This document shows positions 36,039 to 48,716 of a stretch of DNA of 64,000 nucleotides, one piece after another. The notes under the pieces were generated by a model that saw nothing but the letters and a program-made list of their open reading frames with translations, made no database searches and had not been told where the DNA came from. Positions within the stretch are counted from its first letter, which is position 1. Each line of letters opens with the position of its first letter. A program made the translations under genes and the position numbers. The stretch is from NCBI GenBank assembly GCA_965240325.2, contig OZ251222.1, positions 3,596,001 through 3,660,000 on the forward strand. The letters are read 5' to 3'. Origin of the DNA: Rebecca billardiae RCC1528 (lineage: Eukaryota > Protista > Haptophyta).

Positions 36039-37169
36039 TCAGCAGCGATCACAGAGGCTCGGCCACTGGCAAGCGCATGGCGTGTTGATGCAGCGCGCTT
36101 CAGGACTGGGCCCATCGCGAGCATCGCACATCTCGCTGCCGACCTCGTCCGGGCCGAGCGCACCCTCGGCAACATGCCGGAGCGTGACCGAGACGCGTAG
36201 CTGGCGCACGCACACGGCAGCCGCCTCGCTGACAGTAGGGCAACCGCCCAAATCGTCATACTTGCGCGCTGCAATGGAGTGCTGCCAGCCGTAGCGAGCC
36301 TCGTCAGCCAGCACCAGCATCGACCTCGCCGGGAGCACCAGCCCGTGCGGCGCCGGAGCTTGCCGATCAGCATCGCAGGCGGCCGCCAGCTCGCGCGCTG
36401 GCCTGAAGCGCATCACCGCCTGAGAGCACAGCGAGAGCGAGCACAGCACGGGACCAAAGGCGCTGTGCGTGTCGCAGTGGAACGGAATGCCCTCTCCAGG
36501 CAAGTACAGATTCACCGTCACCTGGTTGGGTCGCAGGGGCACGAGCGCCTCGGCGACCAGGCGCTCACATAGCTCGGCGCACCATTTTGGCCACGGGCAG
36601 GGTGCTCCCCGCGTGTCCGCGCGGCCCGTGCTGTAGTCGAAACGCAGGCCGAAGTGGCGCACGCGTCGTCCGCCGTCGGAGCGCCTTTCCCACTCGGCGC
36701 CGAGGGCACCGTCGCTCGTCACACCGAGCGCCAGCAGGAGTCGCGCCTCGTCCTCCGGCGTGACGAAGCCTGGAAAGAGTTGCATGCCAGGAATGCACGG
36801 CGTTGTGTGCACACTGTCGCGAGCGGCAATAACACGTGCTGCCGACGCACTGTCGACGAGCTGTGAGGGCATGTGGCCTAGCTCGAGCTGAAGCGCCGCG
36901 CCAAACCCCGGCGCGGATCCCAAAACGAGCGCCCAGTGCACGTTCTCGTCGTGCAGCACGAGCACCTCGTTGCCGCTCGCCGCACGTTCAGCCGCCGCGC
37001 GCAGCTCGGCGTCAACCACCTCCAAGCGCGCACCGTCCCCACCATGCCACACGGCAAGCGCCGCCTGGGCATCACTCGCAGCGCCCTCCACGCGAGCAAG
37101 GCCCTTCTTCACGCACGCCCGGTCCAGAGCCCTAGACCTTCGTCGAGAGGCCCGCAACGCAGCCGCCAT
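36039..37169 (-). CDS. AlkB-family 2OG-Fe(II) dioxygenase, ALKBH8-like, without methyltransferase domain
   Basis: RRVRHFG, PNQVTVNLYLPGEGIPFHCDTHSAF, RYGWQHSI, RVSVTLRHV, and terminal Zn motif CACQWPSLCD. Confidence 0.88.
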   Translation of the reverse strand: MAAALRASRRRSRALDRACVKKGLARVEGAASDAQAALAVWHGGDGARLEVVDAELRAAAERAASGNEVLVLHDENVHWALVLGSAPGFGAALQLELGHMPSQLVDSASAARVIAARDSVHTTPCIPGMQLFPGFVTPEDEARLLLALGVTSDGALGAEWERRSDGGRRVRHFGLRFDYSTGRADTRGAPCPWPKWCAELCERLVAEALVPLRPNQVTVNLYLPGEGIPFHCDTHSAFGPVLCSLSLCSQAVMRFRPARELAAACDADRQAPAPHGLVLPARSMLVLADEARYGWQHSIAARKYDDLGGCPTVSEAAAVCVRQLRVSVTLRHVAEGALGPDEVGSEMCDARDGPSPEARCINTPCACQWPSLCDRC

Positions 37170-37283
37170 CGTGCCCAAAGAGCAAGCCTCAGTGCCTCAC
37201 CGGTGGCCGTGAGGTGCGATGATTCTCTCGAAGGTGCAGGCAAGGACACCCTTCCGCTTGGTGCAGGGCACCCCGGCTCGGCG

Positions 37284-38445
37284 ATGCACGGGTGCACCCG
37301 CATGGCCGGCGACGCATCATCTCCACCAGCGCCGAAGGCGATGGCGGGCGAACCGGCCGCAGATACCTCGAGCCCAGAGCGTGGTGGCTCGGTGAGCTCG
37401 GGCACATTCAGCCTGATCCACAGCCTGGAGGATGACCTCCTGCTGCAGGTGCTCGCACACATCGGCGATGCCCGAGCCCTTGCTGGGGTGCGCATGATCT
37501 CGCGCCGCCTGCGGCAGCTCGGCTCGGAGGACATGCTGTGGAAAGAGCTGTGCGCGTCGCGCTGGCGCAATCGCCTCGAGGAGGAGGAGTGGACTCGCGC
37601 TGTGGGCAGCGCTCCGGGCAGTGCGAGCGGCGGTGAGTGGTTCAGGCAGTACAAGCAGCGGGAGGAGGATATCCACAAGTGGCACCCGGTGAGCACGGCC
37701 TCCGCACCCCGCGACGCGTGCAGCTGTGCTTCAATCGCATACTCTCTTGCCTGTGCCTTCTTGCGCGCCGCTCCCCCAACAGCGCGGCTGCTGGGCACGT
37801 CCGCACGTGGCGCGAGCCCGGTGCAAGCCTTTGCGCGCCCCACTCACCTCGCCACCGTTGCCCACCTGCGCGTGCGCGTAGGTGTTCTTTATGCACGGCC
37901 ATCTGCGCCTTGCCATCCCCAACGGGTTGCACTTCTTCGAGCCGCGCTACCGCAGGCTCGTGCAGAGGGCCATGGCATCGGACGGGCGCTTCGTGTTTGC
38001 CGTGAGCCAGCCGGTGATCAACAGCATCGCCTATCTGTGCGAGCTGCACAACGTGACGGTGTACCCGGACGGGCGCGCGGACGTGCACGCGCTGCCGGTG
38101 GCGGAGTGTAGGCTGCTCGCGAACCACTTTGAGGACATCTCGTCCAACCACCCGCCACTCATGTGGTGCATGGCCGAGTCCTTGCCGCTGCCTTCCGCAC
38201 AGATGATTGACAACATCCAGAATGTGCGCAGGTTTCTCGTCCGTGCGCGCCAGGCCGCCGCTGCCCACGCGGCCGCTGCTGCCGAGGCAGAAGAGGCCAT
38301 GGCCCACGCCGAGCTTGCAGGGGGGGCGGGCCATGCCGCCGAGCACGGCGAGGATGACAGCGAGGACGACGAGGATGGCGAGGAGGACGACGGCTCCTTC
38401 CACGACGCCGATGGCGATGGCAGCGAACCGACGCTGCAAGCGTGA
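37284..38445 (+). CDS. F-box protein with LON N-terminal (substrate-binding, PUA-like) domain and acidic tail
   Basis: F-box SLEDDLLLQVLAHI...DMLWKELC and LHFFEPRYRRLVQRAM. Intron 37689-37881. Start ATG uncertain (37284, 37302 or 37341). Confidence 0.8.
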
Positions 38446-38716
38446 GGCTGAGACTCGGCTTCTGTCAGCAAGCAGAGGTGAGACTGTCCGATGGCGCTGC
38501 CAAGCATGATGCGCCCTTGACAGCCATGGCATGGGTTACCCCATCATTGGTAGCCGGTCCATCAAGGCGAGAAGTATAGACGAATAGAGAGAGACGGCCC
38601 GCTGCGGCTATAGTTGAATGAGTGGCGGTCCGCGCCGGACTCGGAGGTGACGAGTAGCTGAGTGGCACGAGTGCCGGCGCGGCACTTAGTCCGATGACCA
38701 CTATTATTGTCATCGA

Positions 38717-38718
<2 letters not shown>

Positions 38719-38774
<56 letters not shown>
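38719..38774. repeat. (TA)n microsatellite
   Basis: Pure ta run. Confidence 0.97.
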
Positions 38775-38778
<4 letters not shown>

Positions 38779-39092
38779 GTGAGAGTATTGTAGTGCCACT
38801 ACTTGACCGCCGGGCTAGTAAGTGCCGTCAGCACTGTCTCACAGCAGTCACACTGGACATCTGCCGTCAGTAACTCACTTACTCACTACTCAGTTAGTGA
38901 CTCAGTACACGTATTCGTCACTTTCGTGACGTATGACACTGCGGTACCAGTATTACGGTGACAAACGACATCACGGATTTCGGTGCCAGCCGCCCGCGGG
39001 CCCCGGGCCCGCCGGGCCGGCGGGCCGCGACCCGACTCGGGCTCAGCACAGACAGCAGTCCGGTACTCGACGACGACTGCGCGAATCTGTAC

Positions 39093-39095
<3 letters not shown>

Positions 39096-39164
<69 letters not shown>
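39096..39164. repeat. (TA)n microsatellite
   Basis: Pure ta run. Confidence 0.97.
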
Positions 39165-39166
<2 letters not shown>

Positions 39167-39479
39167 CTTATAAGTTGGGCGCACCGAGTACCGCCCTGGC
39201 CGCTAGCCGAGCGGCGCGCACTGCTCGCACTGACTCCGAGGACGTAACTCAGTCACGGAATCCGGGAATCGCGCGCATGCGAGCTCAGCAACGTGCTGAG
39301 TGCACTACTGAGTACTGGCCCGTCAGACCGAGCGCGCCCGCGTGAGGCGGCTGGCCCCATCTAATCACGACGGGCCGCGCCGCCCGCGTCCAGGCAGGAC
39401 GGAAGCCGGCGGGCTGGGGGCGCATCATCGCAATAAGAAGAACGCAACGGTCCGAGTAGGCTGCCGCAGCTACCCAGAC

Positions 39480-40295
39480 TCAGCGCCAGAAGCGCACCGC
39501 GGTCATCACTGCCGTGGCAGCCGAGAGCGCAGCCCATGTCACCGAGTACACGATGTGCATTTCGGGCATCACGCGAAAGGCGAGATGCGAATCCGCAGGC
39601 CTTGGGCGCGGCCACGTGCCCGGCGGGGCTGGCTGCTGGGCTGACGGCGCAGCATCCACGAGCGGCGGCACCGAGCTGAAGAGCTCCGCGCGGAGCGCCA
39701 TGGTTGGCACATCGACCCAGAAGAAGCGACCGGTCTCCGTGTCGTTGGCGATTGTGAACGAGCCCTGCTTCTCCCCCTCGCGGATGACGCCTTCGACGCG
39801 GACTGCGCCTGTGGGCCGATCGATGTCGTTGACGCGGTCGCGTGGGACCCAGCCGCGGTTGATGATGGCGCCCCCGCCCTCGTCGCCGTCAGCATGCAGC
39901 GGCGTGAAGACGAGCCAGCCCGAGTGCACCTCGGGCGTACTGGATGCCATGCCCACAGTGCCCGGTGGTGGGCTCCGCGGCCCCACGAGGACCTCCTTAT
40001 CGTGATCGAAGCGGCCGGTGACGGCGACGCGGGTATATTCAGTCGGCGACGAGGTTGACGTCTCGCGCATCACGTCTGCAAGCTCGCGCGGCGGCGCATC
40101 GAGGAGTGAGGTGCGCTCGACGATGAGCTCGCGCTTCCAGAAGTACCGCTGCGCTTGCCAGCCAGAAAGCGCACCGGTGCCAACGACGAAGGACGAGAAC
40201 AGCCAGCGGCCGCGCACGTCTGGGCGCGCCGCTGCAGCCGCCGCCTCGGCGCTCCGCGTCGAGAGGAGCCGCCGCGCGCAACCGAGGGCGTGCAT
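39480..40295 (-). CDS. SURF1: SURF1/Shy1 cytochrome c oxidase assembly factor
   Basis: LSGWQAQRYFWK, EYTRVAVTGRFDH, IINRGWVP, HIVYSVTWAALS. Presequence-like N-terminus. Confidence 0.93.
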   Translation of the reverse strand: MHALGCARRLLSTRSAEAAAAAARPDVRGRWLFSSFVVGTGALSGWQAQRYFWKRELIVERTSLLDAPPRELADVMRETSTSSPTEYTRVAVTGRFDHDKEVLVGPRSPPPGTVGMASSTPEVHSGWLVFTPLHADGDEGGGAIINRGWVPRDRVNDIDRPTGAVRVEGVIREGEKQGSFTIANDTETGRFFWVDVPTMALRAELFSSVPPLVDAAPSAQQPAPPGTWPRPRPADSHLAFRVMPEMHIVYSVTWAALSAATAVMTAVRFWR

Positions 40296-40424
40296 CGTGC
40301 GACGATATCGAAGTTTCGTGGCCGCCCCCCACCGCTCCCCGTCCAGGCTGAAATCTGGCGCTCCGGCTGGCTGGCGGGTCCGGGCGCGCGAGCAGAGCGG
40401 CGCCTCCGCCACCGCGCTGGCGCC

Positions 40425-41624
40425 ATGGCGAGCTCGTCGATCGCCGCGACACTCGCGGAGCAGCGAGGCGGGTTTGACTTTGAGCTCTCGAAGAGGTGCG
40501 CGCGCGCGCGCGCGCGCACTCCTGCTGCTTTGCAGTGGGTACAGCCCTCCAGGCGACGCGCGCGCCCGAGCGCGGACTCAGCTCTGCGTTGCTGCTGCCG
40601 TTTCCGCCTGCCGCCGCAGGAATGCGCTGCTGCAGGAGAGTGGGATGAAGGTGCCCGGTGCGACGAAGACGGGGACCACCATCGTGGGCATGGTGTACAA
40701 GGTGCGGGCCTGCGTCTCGCCCCGCGCGCGCGTGGCACCAGCCGCGTCGCCAACACCCCAGCGCTCGCGCGCGCGCCCCGCGCGCCGCCTCGCAGGACGG
40801 CGTTGTCCTCGGTGCCGACACACGATCGACGCAGGGGCCGACCGTGGCGGACAAGAACTGCCAGAAGATCCACTACATCGCGAAGAACATCTACTGCTGC
40901 GGCGCGGGCACCGCCGCGGACACGGAGTTCACGACTGCGCTGATCGCGTCGAAGATTGAGCTGCACCGGATGGCGACGGGCAAGCTGCCGCGCATTGTCA
41001 CTGCGCTCACGATGCTCAAGCGCCTGCTGTTCCGGTGTGCGCGCGCGTGCGCGGGCCGAGCACGCGGGCCGACGCATGAGCCATCGCCGGCCCACCACGG
41101 CGCCATGCGCCCGCGTGCGCTCACTCTCCCGGCCGTCTGCGTCGGTCGCTCGGCCTGTCGCGCGCCCCGTGCTGCGCAGCTACCAAGGGCACCTCGGCGC
41201 GGCGCTCATCCTGGGCGGCTTCGACTGCAACGGGCCGTCGCTGTACCAGGTGTACCCGCACGGCTCGACGGACTACCTGCCATACGTGACGATGGGCTCG
41301 GGCTCGGTCAACGCGATGGCCATCTTCGAGACGGAGTACCGCGACGGCATGTCGAAGGACGAGGCGATCGCGCTCGTGCACAAGGCGGTGCTGTCGGGCA
41401 TCTACAACGACCTGGGCTCGGGCTCGAACGTCGACCTGTGCGTGATTGACAAGGACGGCGCGAAGGAGCTGCGCAACTACGACACGCCGAACGAGCGCAA
41501 GTTCCGCTATCCCGGCGGCTTCAAATACCCGCGCGGCACCACGCCGACGATCTCGAGCACATTCACACCCGCCACAAAGGAGCTGGTCACAGTCGTGCCC
41601 GGCGGCATGGAGGTGGACGCCTGA
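40425..41624 (+). CDS. PSMB7: 20S proteasome subunit beta-2 (PSMB7/Pup1)
   Basis: GGFDF...[48 protein letters not shown]. Introns 40496-40619, 40702-40795 and 41035-41179. Confidence 0.97.
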
Positions 41625-42472
41625 GCTCGCACGAGCGGCCAGGTGCGGGCGGGCCGTGCGACGTGCGCCATGCCGTCTGAGCGGCGGCCGCCCTCGTGGC
41701 AGCGGACGCCAGGCAGGAAGGTGATGAGGTGTCCGCGTCCTGCGGTCGGCAGTCACGGCTGGTGCGGCGGCCTGCACACGTTGCGCTGCATTCGCGGCCT
41801 AAAGTGCCGCGCCATCATCATGCGGCACGTTTCGCGGTCCCACCAACGTTCTGCGGCGCCCTTCTCGCTTCTGGCCGACGACGATGGCAACGGCGATGTT
41901 CATCAGGCGATTGACTCGGTTGCCGCGCGGTCATCGAATCACGCCGCTGCAGTCTCGGACGGCGGCTCAGCCGCATGTCCGGACTCTGCTGCACTCACGT
42001 CTGTCGTCTCACTGATGACTGCATGACGATCGACGTCCGGACTGTCGACTGTACTGACGACTGTCGACTGACTCTGAGTCATCAAGACATCAATGGCAAT
42101 GCATGCGCGCGCTAATATAATAGTTATACTGTACTGTATGAGTCTGACTCGTCAGTGTCACTGCGCAGTAACTACTAACTGAATACTGATGTACTACTGA
42201 GACTGCAGTCGTCGCTGACGCTGCTGCGCCTGCGCAGACGACCGTTGCAGCAGTCGCAGACTCGCAGAGGCGTGGCCCGCGGGCGCCCCAGGCGGGCGCG
42301 GGAGACTCTGAACAGACTGGCTCCCGCCCCCGGGGCAGGGTGAGGGAGACTCCGCCGGCTCCGCGCCGCGCCCGCGCTGCCACGTCAAAGTCGTCAGACC
42401 GCGCCTGTCAAGTGTCAGCTGTCTCCGCTCAGTGACGACTCTCCGCAGGTCTACTCTTCAGTCAGTCACGAA

Positions 42473-45021
42473 TCACTGGGTGCTTCTGACGCGCGTGACA
42501 GCAGCAGCAGTGCTGCCGACTGCTGTGCTGCTGCCTTGGCGGCTTGCCCGCTCCGGCATCACCCCTGCACCGGCGGTCGGTGCTGAGCTCGGCGGCAGCG
42601 CGTTGCTGCCCGCGGTGTTAGTCGCCTGCTGCTTATTCGACGGCACGAGCGTCGCGGTCGTGACGCTCTCAGCATCGGCACCCACGCGACTGTCCGCGGC
42701 GTTGGAGTCAGGGTCTGCACCCGCAGCCATGGTCCGCTTGCGCTCCTCCTCCGCCTCAATCGCCTGCAGCAGCGCGGGGGCGTTGCACGGAGGCGCGGCG
42801 CGCGTGTCTGCGTGAGCGCGCCGGCTGCGAGCGGCTGCAGGTGCGCGCGCGCGTCCGCGCACCTCGTCGAGCGAGAAGAGCACGAGGTGGTGCTGCTCGG
42901 TGCCGCACACGATCTTGCGCAGCTTGCGCAGCAGCGCGAGCGAGCGGATCGACTCGTGGTGCGTGTACTCCTTGATGAGCCGCTTCTCGCCGTAGTGCCA
43001 CACGCGCACGCGCTTGTCCATCGCGCAGCTCACGAGGAAGCCCGTCTCCGGCACGATCAGGATCTGCTCGACCGCGCCGTCGTGCGCGTCGATCGTTTGC
43101 AGCAGCTGCGCGGCGCGGGGCGCCGCGAGGCGCGGCGACGCGCGTGAGCGGCGTGCGCGCGCGGCTCGGTGCTCGCGCGCGCGCGCGCGCGCGCGCACCG
43201 TGTGAGCGTGCAGGTCCCACACGCGCACGGTGCTGTCCTCCGAGCCGGAGAGCAGGAAGTTGCCGTCGAGCGCGAGCGTGGTCACGGAGTCGGTGTGGCC
43301 GCGCAGCGTCGCGACCAGCTCGTACGTGTAGATGCTCCACACCTTGATGCTCGTGTCGTTGCCCGCGGTGATCACGGTCATGTGCATCGGGTCGAAGCGC
43401 AGCGCGAGGATCTCGTGCGGCGCGTGCGCCTTCCAGATCGTCTCGATCTGCGGCATCGAGTAGCGCCGCTTGGTGATGTCCCACGCCGCCACGTGCCCGT
43501 CAAAGCCGGCCGAGAGCAGCAGCTCGGAGCGGCCGCGCACGGCGACGTCGAGGCAGCACACGGTGTTGGTGTGCTCGAGCAGGTTGATCGTCGAGCCCGA
43601 GTCCGGGTTCCACAGCCGGATCGAGCCGTCGTCGTTCCCCGAGATGAGGAAGCCGTTCACGTGCGCGTACAGCAGGCACGCGATCTCGGAGTGCACCTCG
43701 TGCAGCGTGGAGATGCAGCTCATGTCGTACGGGTCCCACGCGCAGATCGTGTTGTCGAGCGAGGCGGAGTAGAGGACGTGCTCGTCGGCGCGCGAGCCCT
43801 CGCACGCCTGCACCGCGATCACCGGCCCCTGGTGCCCCAGCACCTCGCGGTACGCCAGGTTGCGCACGACGTTCCAGATGTGGCAGCCGGTGCTGTCGGC
43901 CGCGAGCAGCTCGTCCGCGTGCGTCGACACGCACACAAAGCCGGCCGCCTCGGCCGCGGGCTGGAACTTGCGCGGCTGGAGCAGGCGCTCGCGCTTGATG
44001 CACAGCTCGCGCTGGATGGACCAGACCGCGACGTCGCCCGCCTCGTCCACGAGGAAGAGCTGCTGCTCCCCCGCGTCCCAGCACATGCCCGTGTGCCGCA
44101 CCATGTGCGGGTTGGGGATCGTGAGCAGCGGCTGGCCCGTGGTCGCGTTCAGCGCGCGCACCGTCTGGTCGTACGAGATGGTGAGCAGCAGGTTCTCGTG
44201 GTGGACGAGCAGCATGTGCGTGATGCCCAGCGGGTGGATCGACGGGTGCCGGTGCCACCGCTGCAGCCCCACCTGCCGCCCGTTCATGCTGAGCTGGTAC
44301 ACCGAGAGGCCGCCGTGCTCGTCCGCAACGAACAGCTCGCCGTTGTCACCCGTCACGTGCACCGCGACCGCGTTCACCCAGCAGTCGAAGTCGCTCAGCG
44401 TCTCGTGCAGCGAGTACCACGGGTAGAGGAGCAGCTCGCGGCCCGCGTCCATCTGCCACAGCCGCAGCGTGCGGTCGGTCGAGACGCTGAAGAGCAGCCT
44501 GCTGTGCATCGCCAGCCCGGAGACCGAGCCCTCGTGCCCGCGCAGCGTCTGGATGCACGCGCGGTTCGGGTCGCGCAGCCACGGGTCCCATACTGCGCGC
44601 GGCGCGCGGGCGGAGGCGCGCGGGCGCGTGCCACCGCGCTGCGTGAGCCTCACCGCGACGATGCCCGTGGCGCCGCACCGCCGCACACGTGCGGCGCGGC
44701 GCGCCGGCGCACACGTCTGATGGTGCGGTCGGACGAGCCGGACACGAGCAGGATGTTCTCGGTGCCTGCGTTCGGGAAGCGCAGCACCTCCAGGCAGCGC
44801 ACGGCCCCAAGGTGGCCCTGCAGATAGAGCGGCTCACCCTCGGGCTGCGGCTTCGCCCCTCCGCGGAGCCACCACGCGATGCGCCCGTCGGTCAGGCCGA
44901 GGAAGAGCGCGCGCTTCTCGCGCACGTAGCACTGGCAGGTGACGGCCGCGCCGTCGCCATTGGGGTCGGAGCGGAAGTGGTGGAGTTTGACCAGGTTGAT
45001 CTCACCGGAGGCGTCGCCCAT
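42473..45021 (-). CDS. WD40-repeat protein (probably two propellers)
   Basis: Many GH...WD repeats, e.g. LRGHTDSVTTLALDGNFLLSGSEDSTVRVWD. Introns 44593-44714, 43106-43198 and 42764-42862. Confidence 0.9.
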
Positions 45022-45493
45022 CGCGCGAGCCTCACGCCCTCGCGGCGCGGCGGCGTCGATGCGCCAAGCAGGCCGTTCACCGGCGACAACTTACTGCGCA
45101 GCGCCCGGCATGCTGATGTCAAATGCTGCAACGGCCGTGTTCAGTTTTTTTTAAACGAATTTTGCAGCGGCCCGAGTTCTGTTTTTCGGATTTTTTGCAA
45201 AACTCGACAACACCAGGACTGGTGGGAAGGCCGCAAAGCGCCACCGATGAAGATCGATGATGTTTATTCTGGCGGTGCCCACACCACAGCACCACCGACA
45301 TCGCACAACTGACTTCTGACGAGCGCTGCGAGGCGGCTCGGCGGCTGAGTGCCACAGAGCAAGTGAAGCCCATGCTTGCGATGCAGCTCAAGCGGGTGCC
45401 GGTGTCGTCAGGCGGCGGCGTCCAACCTCCTACGCGCGCACGCGCCGCGCGCGTGCCTTGGGCTTGGCAGCGCAGCCGCGCTGGCGCCGAGTG

Positions 45494-47458
45494 TCAACGC
45501 GCGCGCAGCCGCAGCGCGCGGCCATCGCCCGCGGGCTCGGTCGGCGTGGCGCCGCGCGTGCGGCCACCGCCGCGCTCGCTGCCCGCATTCGGATTGCGCT
45601 GCTCCTGCCCGTACCCGCCGCCTCGCGCGGCCGGCTCCTCGGCGGAGGGGCGCGCGCGCTCCTCCCGGCCGCCGTCCTCTGGCGCGTAGCAGCAGCAGAA
45701 GCGCTCCTTGTCCATCAGCGCAAGCACCTCGCCTGAGTGCCCCCACTCAATCTCAAAGACGCGCAGCTCGAGCTCGCCAGGCAGCGCGACCACCGACACG
45801 CCCGCCGCCGACCAGAGGTAGAGCTGCGCGCTCGAGGTGCAGAACGCGAGCGTGCTCGCGCGCGGGTGCCAGTGCGCCGCGCGCACCGCCGCGCGCATCA
45901 CGATCACCGTGTGCAGCCGGAGCGTCGACGCCTCCCACACCCAGAGCACCGCGGGCATCTGCTCGTTGCGGCTGAGCAGGAAGCGGCCGTCGGCGCTCCA
46001 CGAGCACAGGCCGATGCCTGCGGGCGCGCGCGCGGGCGCAGGCCCGGACGGGAGCGTCAGCAGGAGGGCGCGAGGGCGCACGCCCGGACGGGAGCGTCAG
46101 CAGGAGGGCGCGAGGGCGCACGCCCGGACGGGAGCGTCAGCAGGAGGGCGCGAGGGCGCAGGCGCGAGGCGTCGAGCGTGCGCTCTCACGCGCGCCCTCA
46201 CGCGCGCGCGCACCCACTCTCGGCGTGGGCGTGGCGCGGTCGACGGACGACTTGAGCTGCGGCAGCTCGATGGACTCGGCCGCTCCGCCGTGCGGCGGCG
46301 GCCACAGGGCGACGAAGTGCGTGTGCCTCGGGTTGGGGTCTCCGACGGGCGTGCTGCGCGCGAGCGCCTTGCGCGTGTCCAGCTCGAATGCGTCCGAGTC
46401 CGAGTGCGTGTGCCCGAGCAGCTCCTCGCGGAACACGAGCGGGTCGGGCGTGCGGCCGCGCCCGCCGTCGCGCTGCGCGCGCAGCGTGCTCGGGTGGAGC
46501 AGCACGCCCACGCAGTGCGCCGTCTGCCCGCTCAGCACGCGCACGCTGCCCTCGTGCCCGCCGACTGCGAGCATCTGCCCCGCTGGGCCCCACACGCTGA
46601 GCTGCGCGCCGAGGCCGACGCCGGCAGGGGTGTACGTGCCCATGTGCTCGCCTCGCCGCGAGTACACGTACACGCCGTACTCCAGCGCCGAGTTGAGCAC
46701 GCACAGCCACGGCTCGTCGCCGCTGTCCAGCGCGTGTGCGTAGCGCGCGCCGCGCGGGCTGGGCGCCCAGCGCAGCTCAGCGAGGTCGGGCGAGGCGACT
46801 GGGAAGTGGCTCACCTGCTCCCACGTGGTCGCGTCGTATACGCCCACCGAGTCTTTGCAGTCCTGCCGCTGGGCCACCGCCAGCCACCTGCGGCGCAAGC
46901 AGGGGCCATCGAGCGCGCGCGTGAGCGCTCAGGACATGGCGCTCAGCCGCGCTCAGCCGCGCGGCAGCGTGCGCGCGCGCGCACGCACCGGCCGTCGGAC
47001 GAGAAGTCGACGCCGGCGACGGGGTACTTGGGAAAGCGGATATAGCACACCGAACGATCGAGAAGCGACCACACGGTGAGCCGCATGCCATGGTCAGTCG
47101 AGCTCACGATGTGCCGGCCGTCAGGCGCCCAGCGCGCGTGCACAAGGCCGAGCGGACCCTCGTCGATCTTGCAGTGCCACTCGGTGTTGTCCACCGACCA
47201 GACCTGGCACACGCCGCGCCTGGGCACCGCGCACAGCACGAAGAGCGAGTCGCACGACCACTCGATGCGCGCGATTTCGTCCACGTTCGTGTACAGCTGC
47301 ACGATTTGAAGCGAGTCGACATCCCGAATGGCCAGGCGGAAGTCGGTGGCGACCGCGACGAAGCGGCCGTCGGGCGAGAGGCGCACGAGCCCAAAAGACT
47401 GCCGCACCGCCTCGCTGAACTGCGGCGGCAAGGGCGCCTCCTCCGTCGGCTCGTGCAT
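45494..47458 (-). CDS. WRAP73: WRAP73/WDR8 centriolar WD40 protein
   Basis: SPDGRFVA...LQIVQLY...WHCKIDEGPLGL...WAPDGRHI...RLTVWSL, and WSADGRFLLSRNEQMPAVLWVW. Introns 46888-46988 and 46018-46213. Confidence 0.9.
46042..46160. repeat. 40-bp x3 intronic tandem repeat
   Basis: gcccggacgggagcgtcagcaggagggcgcgagggcgca at 46042, 46082 and 46122. Confidence 0.92.
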
Positions 47459-47609
47459 GCCCACCGCGATCCCCGACTCGTCGCCCCGGCGACAGGCCAC
47501 CCACCAGCCCTTCGGCTTTGGCACCGTGCGTGCGCGGGAGCCGCTGCGCAGCCTGCGCTTGCCGGCGCAGCCGCAGGGCAGGGGCCGTTGGCCGAAAGGG
47601 ACTCTGCGG

Positions 47610-48716
47610 CAAGGGAGGTCCGGGCCGGGAGCTCCCAGCGAGCGGCCAGCGCGACATCACTCCGAAGTTTTCCCTGAGCGCCGGGCGGCGGCGGCGGCGA
47701 GGGCGAGTGCTCCGCTGGCGGGGCGCGCACGGGGCACGGCGCAGCGGGCGCGGATGTGCCCGCAGAGCCGGCGCGTGCGGACGGGCTGTTGCGGGAGAGC
47801 ATCTGGCGCCCTCCTGCGCCGCGCATCTTGCGCCGCGCCTCTTTCGCCTCGGCTCAGGGCAGTGCGCACGTGCGCGCCGCCTCAAGGCCAGCCTTGCCTC
47901 CGCCGTAGCCGACCGCGCGCGCGCCGTGCGCGGCGTGGTCGGGAAGGAACGGGCGCTGCTGCCGGGCGAGATGGCGACGCCATATGCGCACGCCATGCCG
48001 CCCTGCCACGCCTTGACGACCGTGTCGTCGGTCCGTTTGCATGCCTCTTTGACTTGTCACAAATGGCGTGCACGGCCTCGCGGTAGTGACCCTTGTCGGG
48101 ACGATCATTGAGACACAGAACAGTGCCAGACGGGCGTGCGGGCTACCCTTACATGGATGTGCATCACCGCGTGATCATGTAGAAGTGCTGGATGCGACGC
48201 TTTCCCCGCGCTGATGCTCTTTCATCATCTTCTTCGAGCTCAGGTCTGGCTTGGCACGACAAGTGATCAGCACTCGTCCACAGCTGTGCAGATCTATTGC
48301 GGTGCCCTGTCGCGGCATCGCAGGGCGGCATGGCGTGCGCGTAGGGCGTCGCCATCTCGCCCGGCAGCAGCGCCCGTTCCTTCCCGACCACGCCGCGCAC
48401 GGCGCGCGCGCGGTCGGCTGCGGCGGAGGCAAGGCTGGCCTTGAGGCGGCGCGCACGTGCGCACTGCCCTGAGCCGAGGCGAAAGAGGCGTGGCGCAAGA
48501 TGCGCGGCGCAGGAGGGCGCCAGATGCTCTCCCGCAACAGCCCGTCCGCACGCGCCGGCTCTGCGGGCACATCCGCGCCCGCTGCGCCGTGCCCCGTGCG
48601 CGCCCCGCCAGCGGAGCACTCGCCCTCGCCGCCGCCGCCGCCCGGCGCTCAGGGAAAACTTCGGAGTGATGTCGCGCTGGCCGCTCGCTGGGAGCTCCCG
48701 GCCCGGACCTCCCTTG
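47610..48716. mobile_element. Non-autonomous foldback DNA transposon, copy 2 (P/Galileo-like)
   Basis: ~397-bp TIRs (47610-48006 and 48320-48716) starting CAAGGGAGGTCC. Perfect 7-bp TSD TCTGCGG at 47603-47609 and 48717-48723. Confidence 0.92.
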
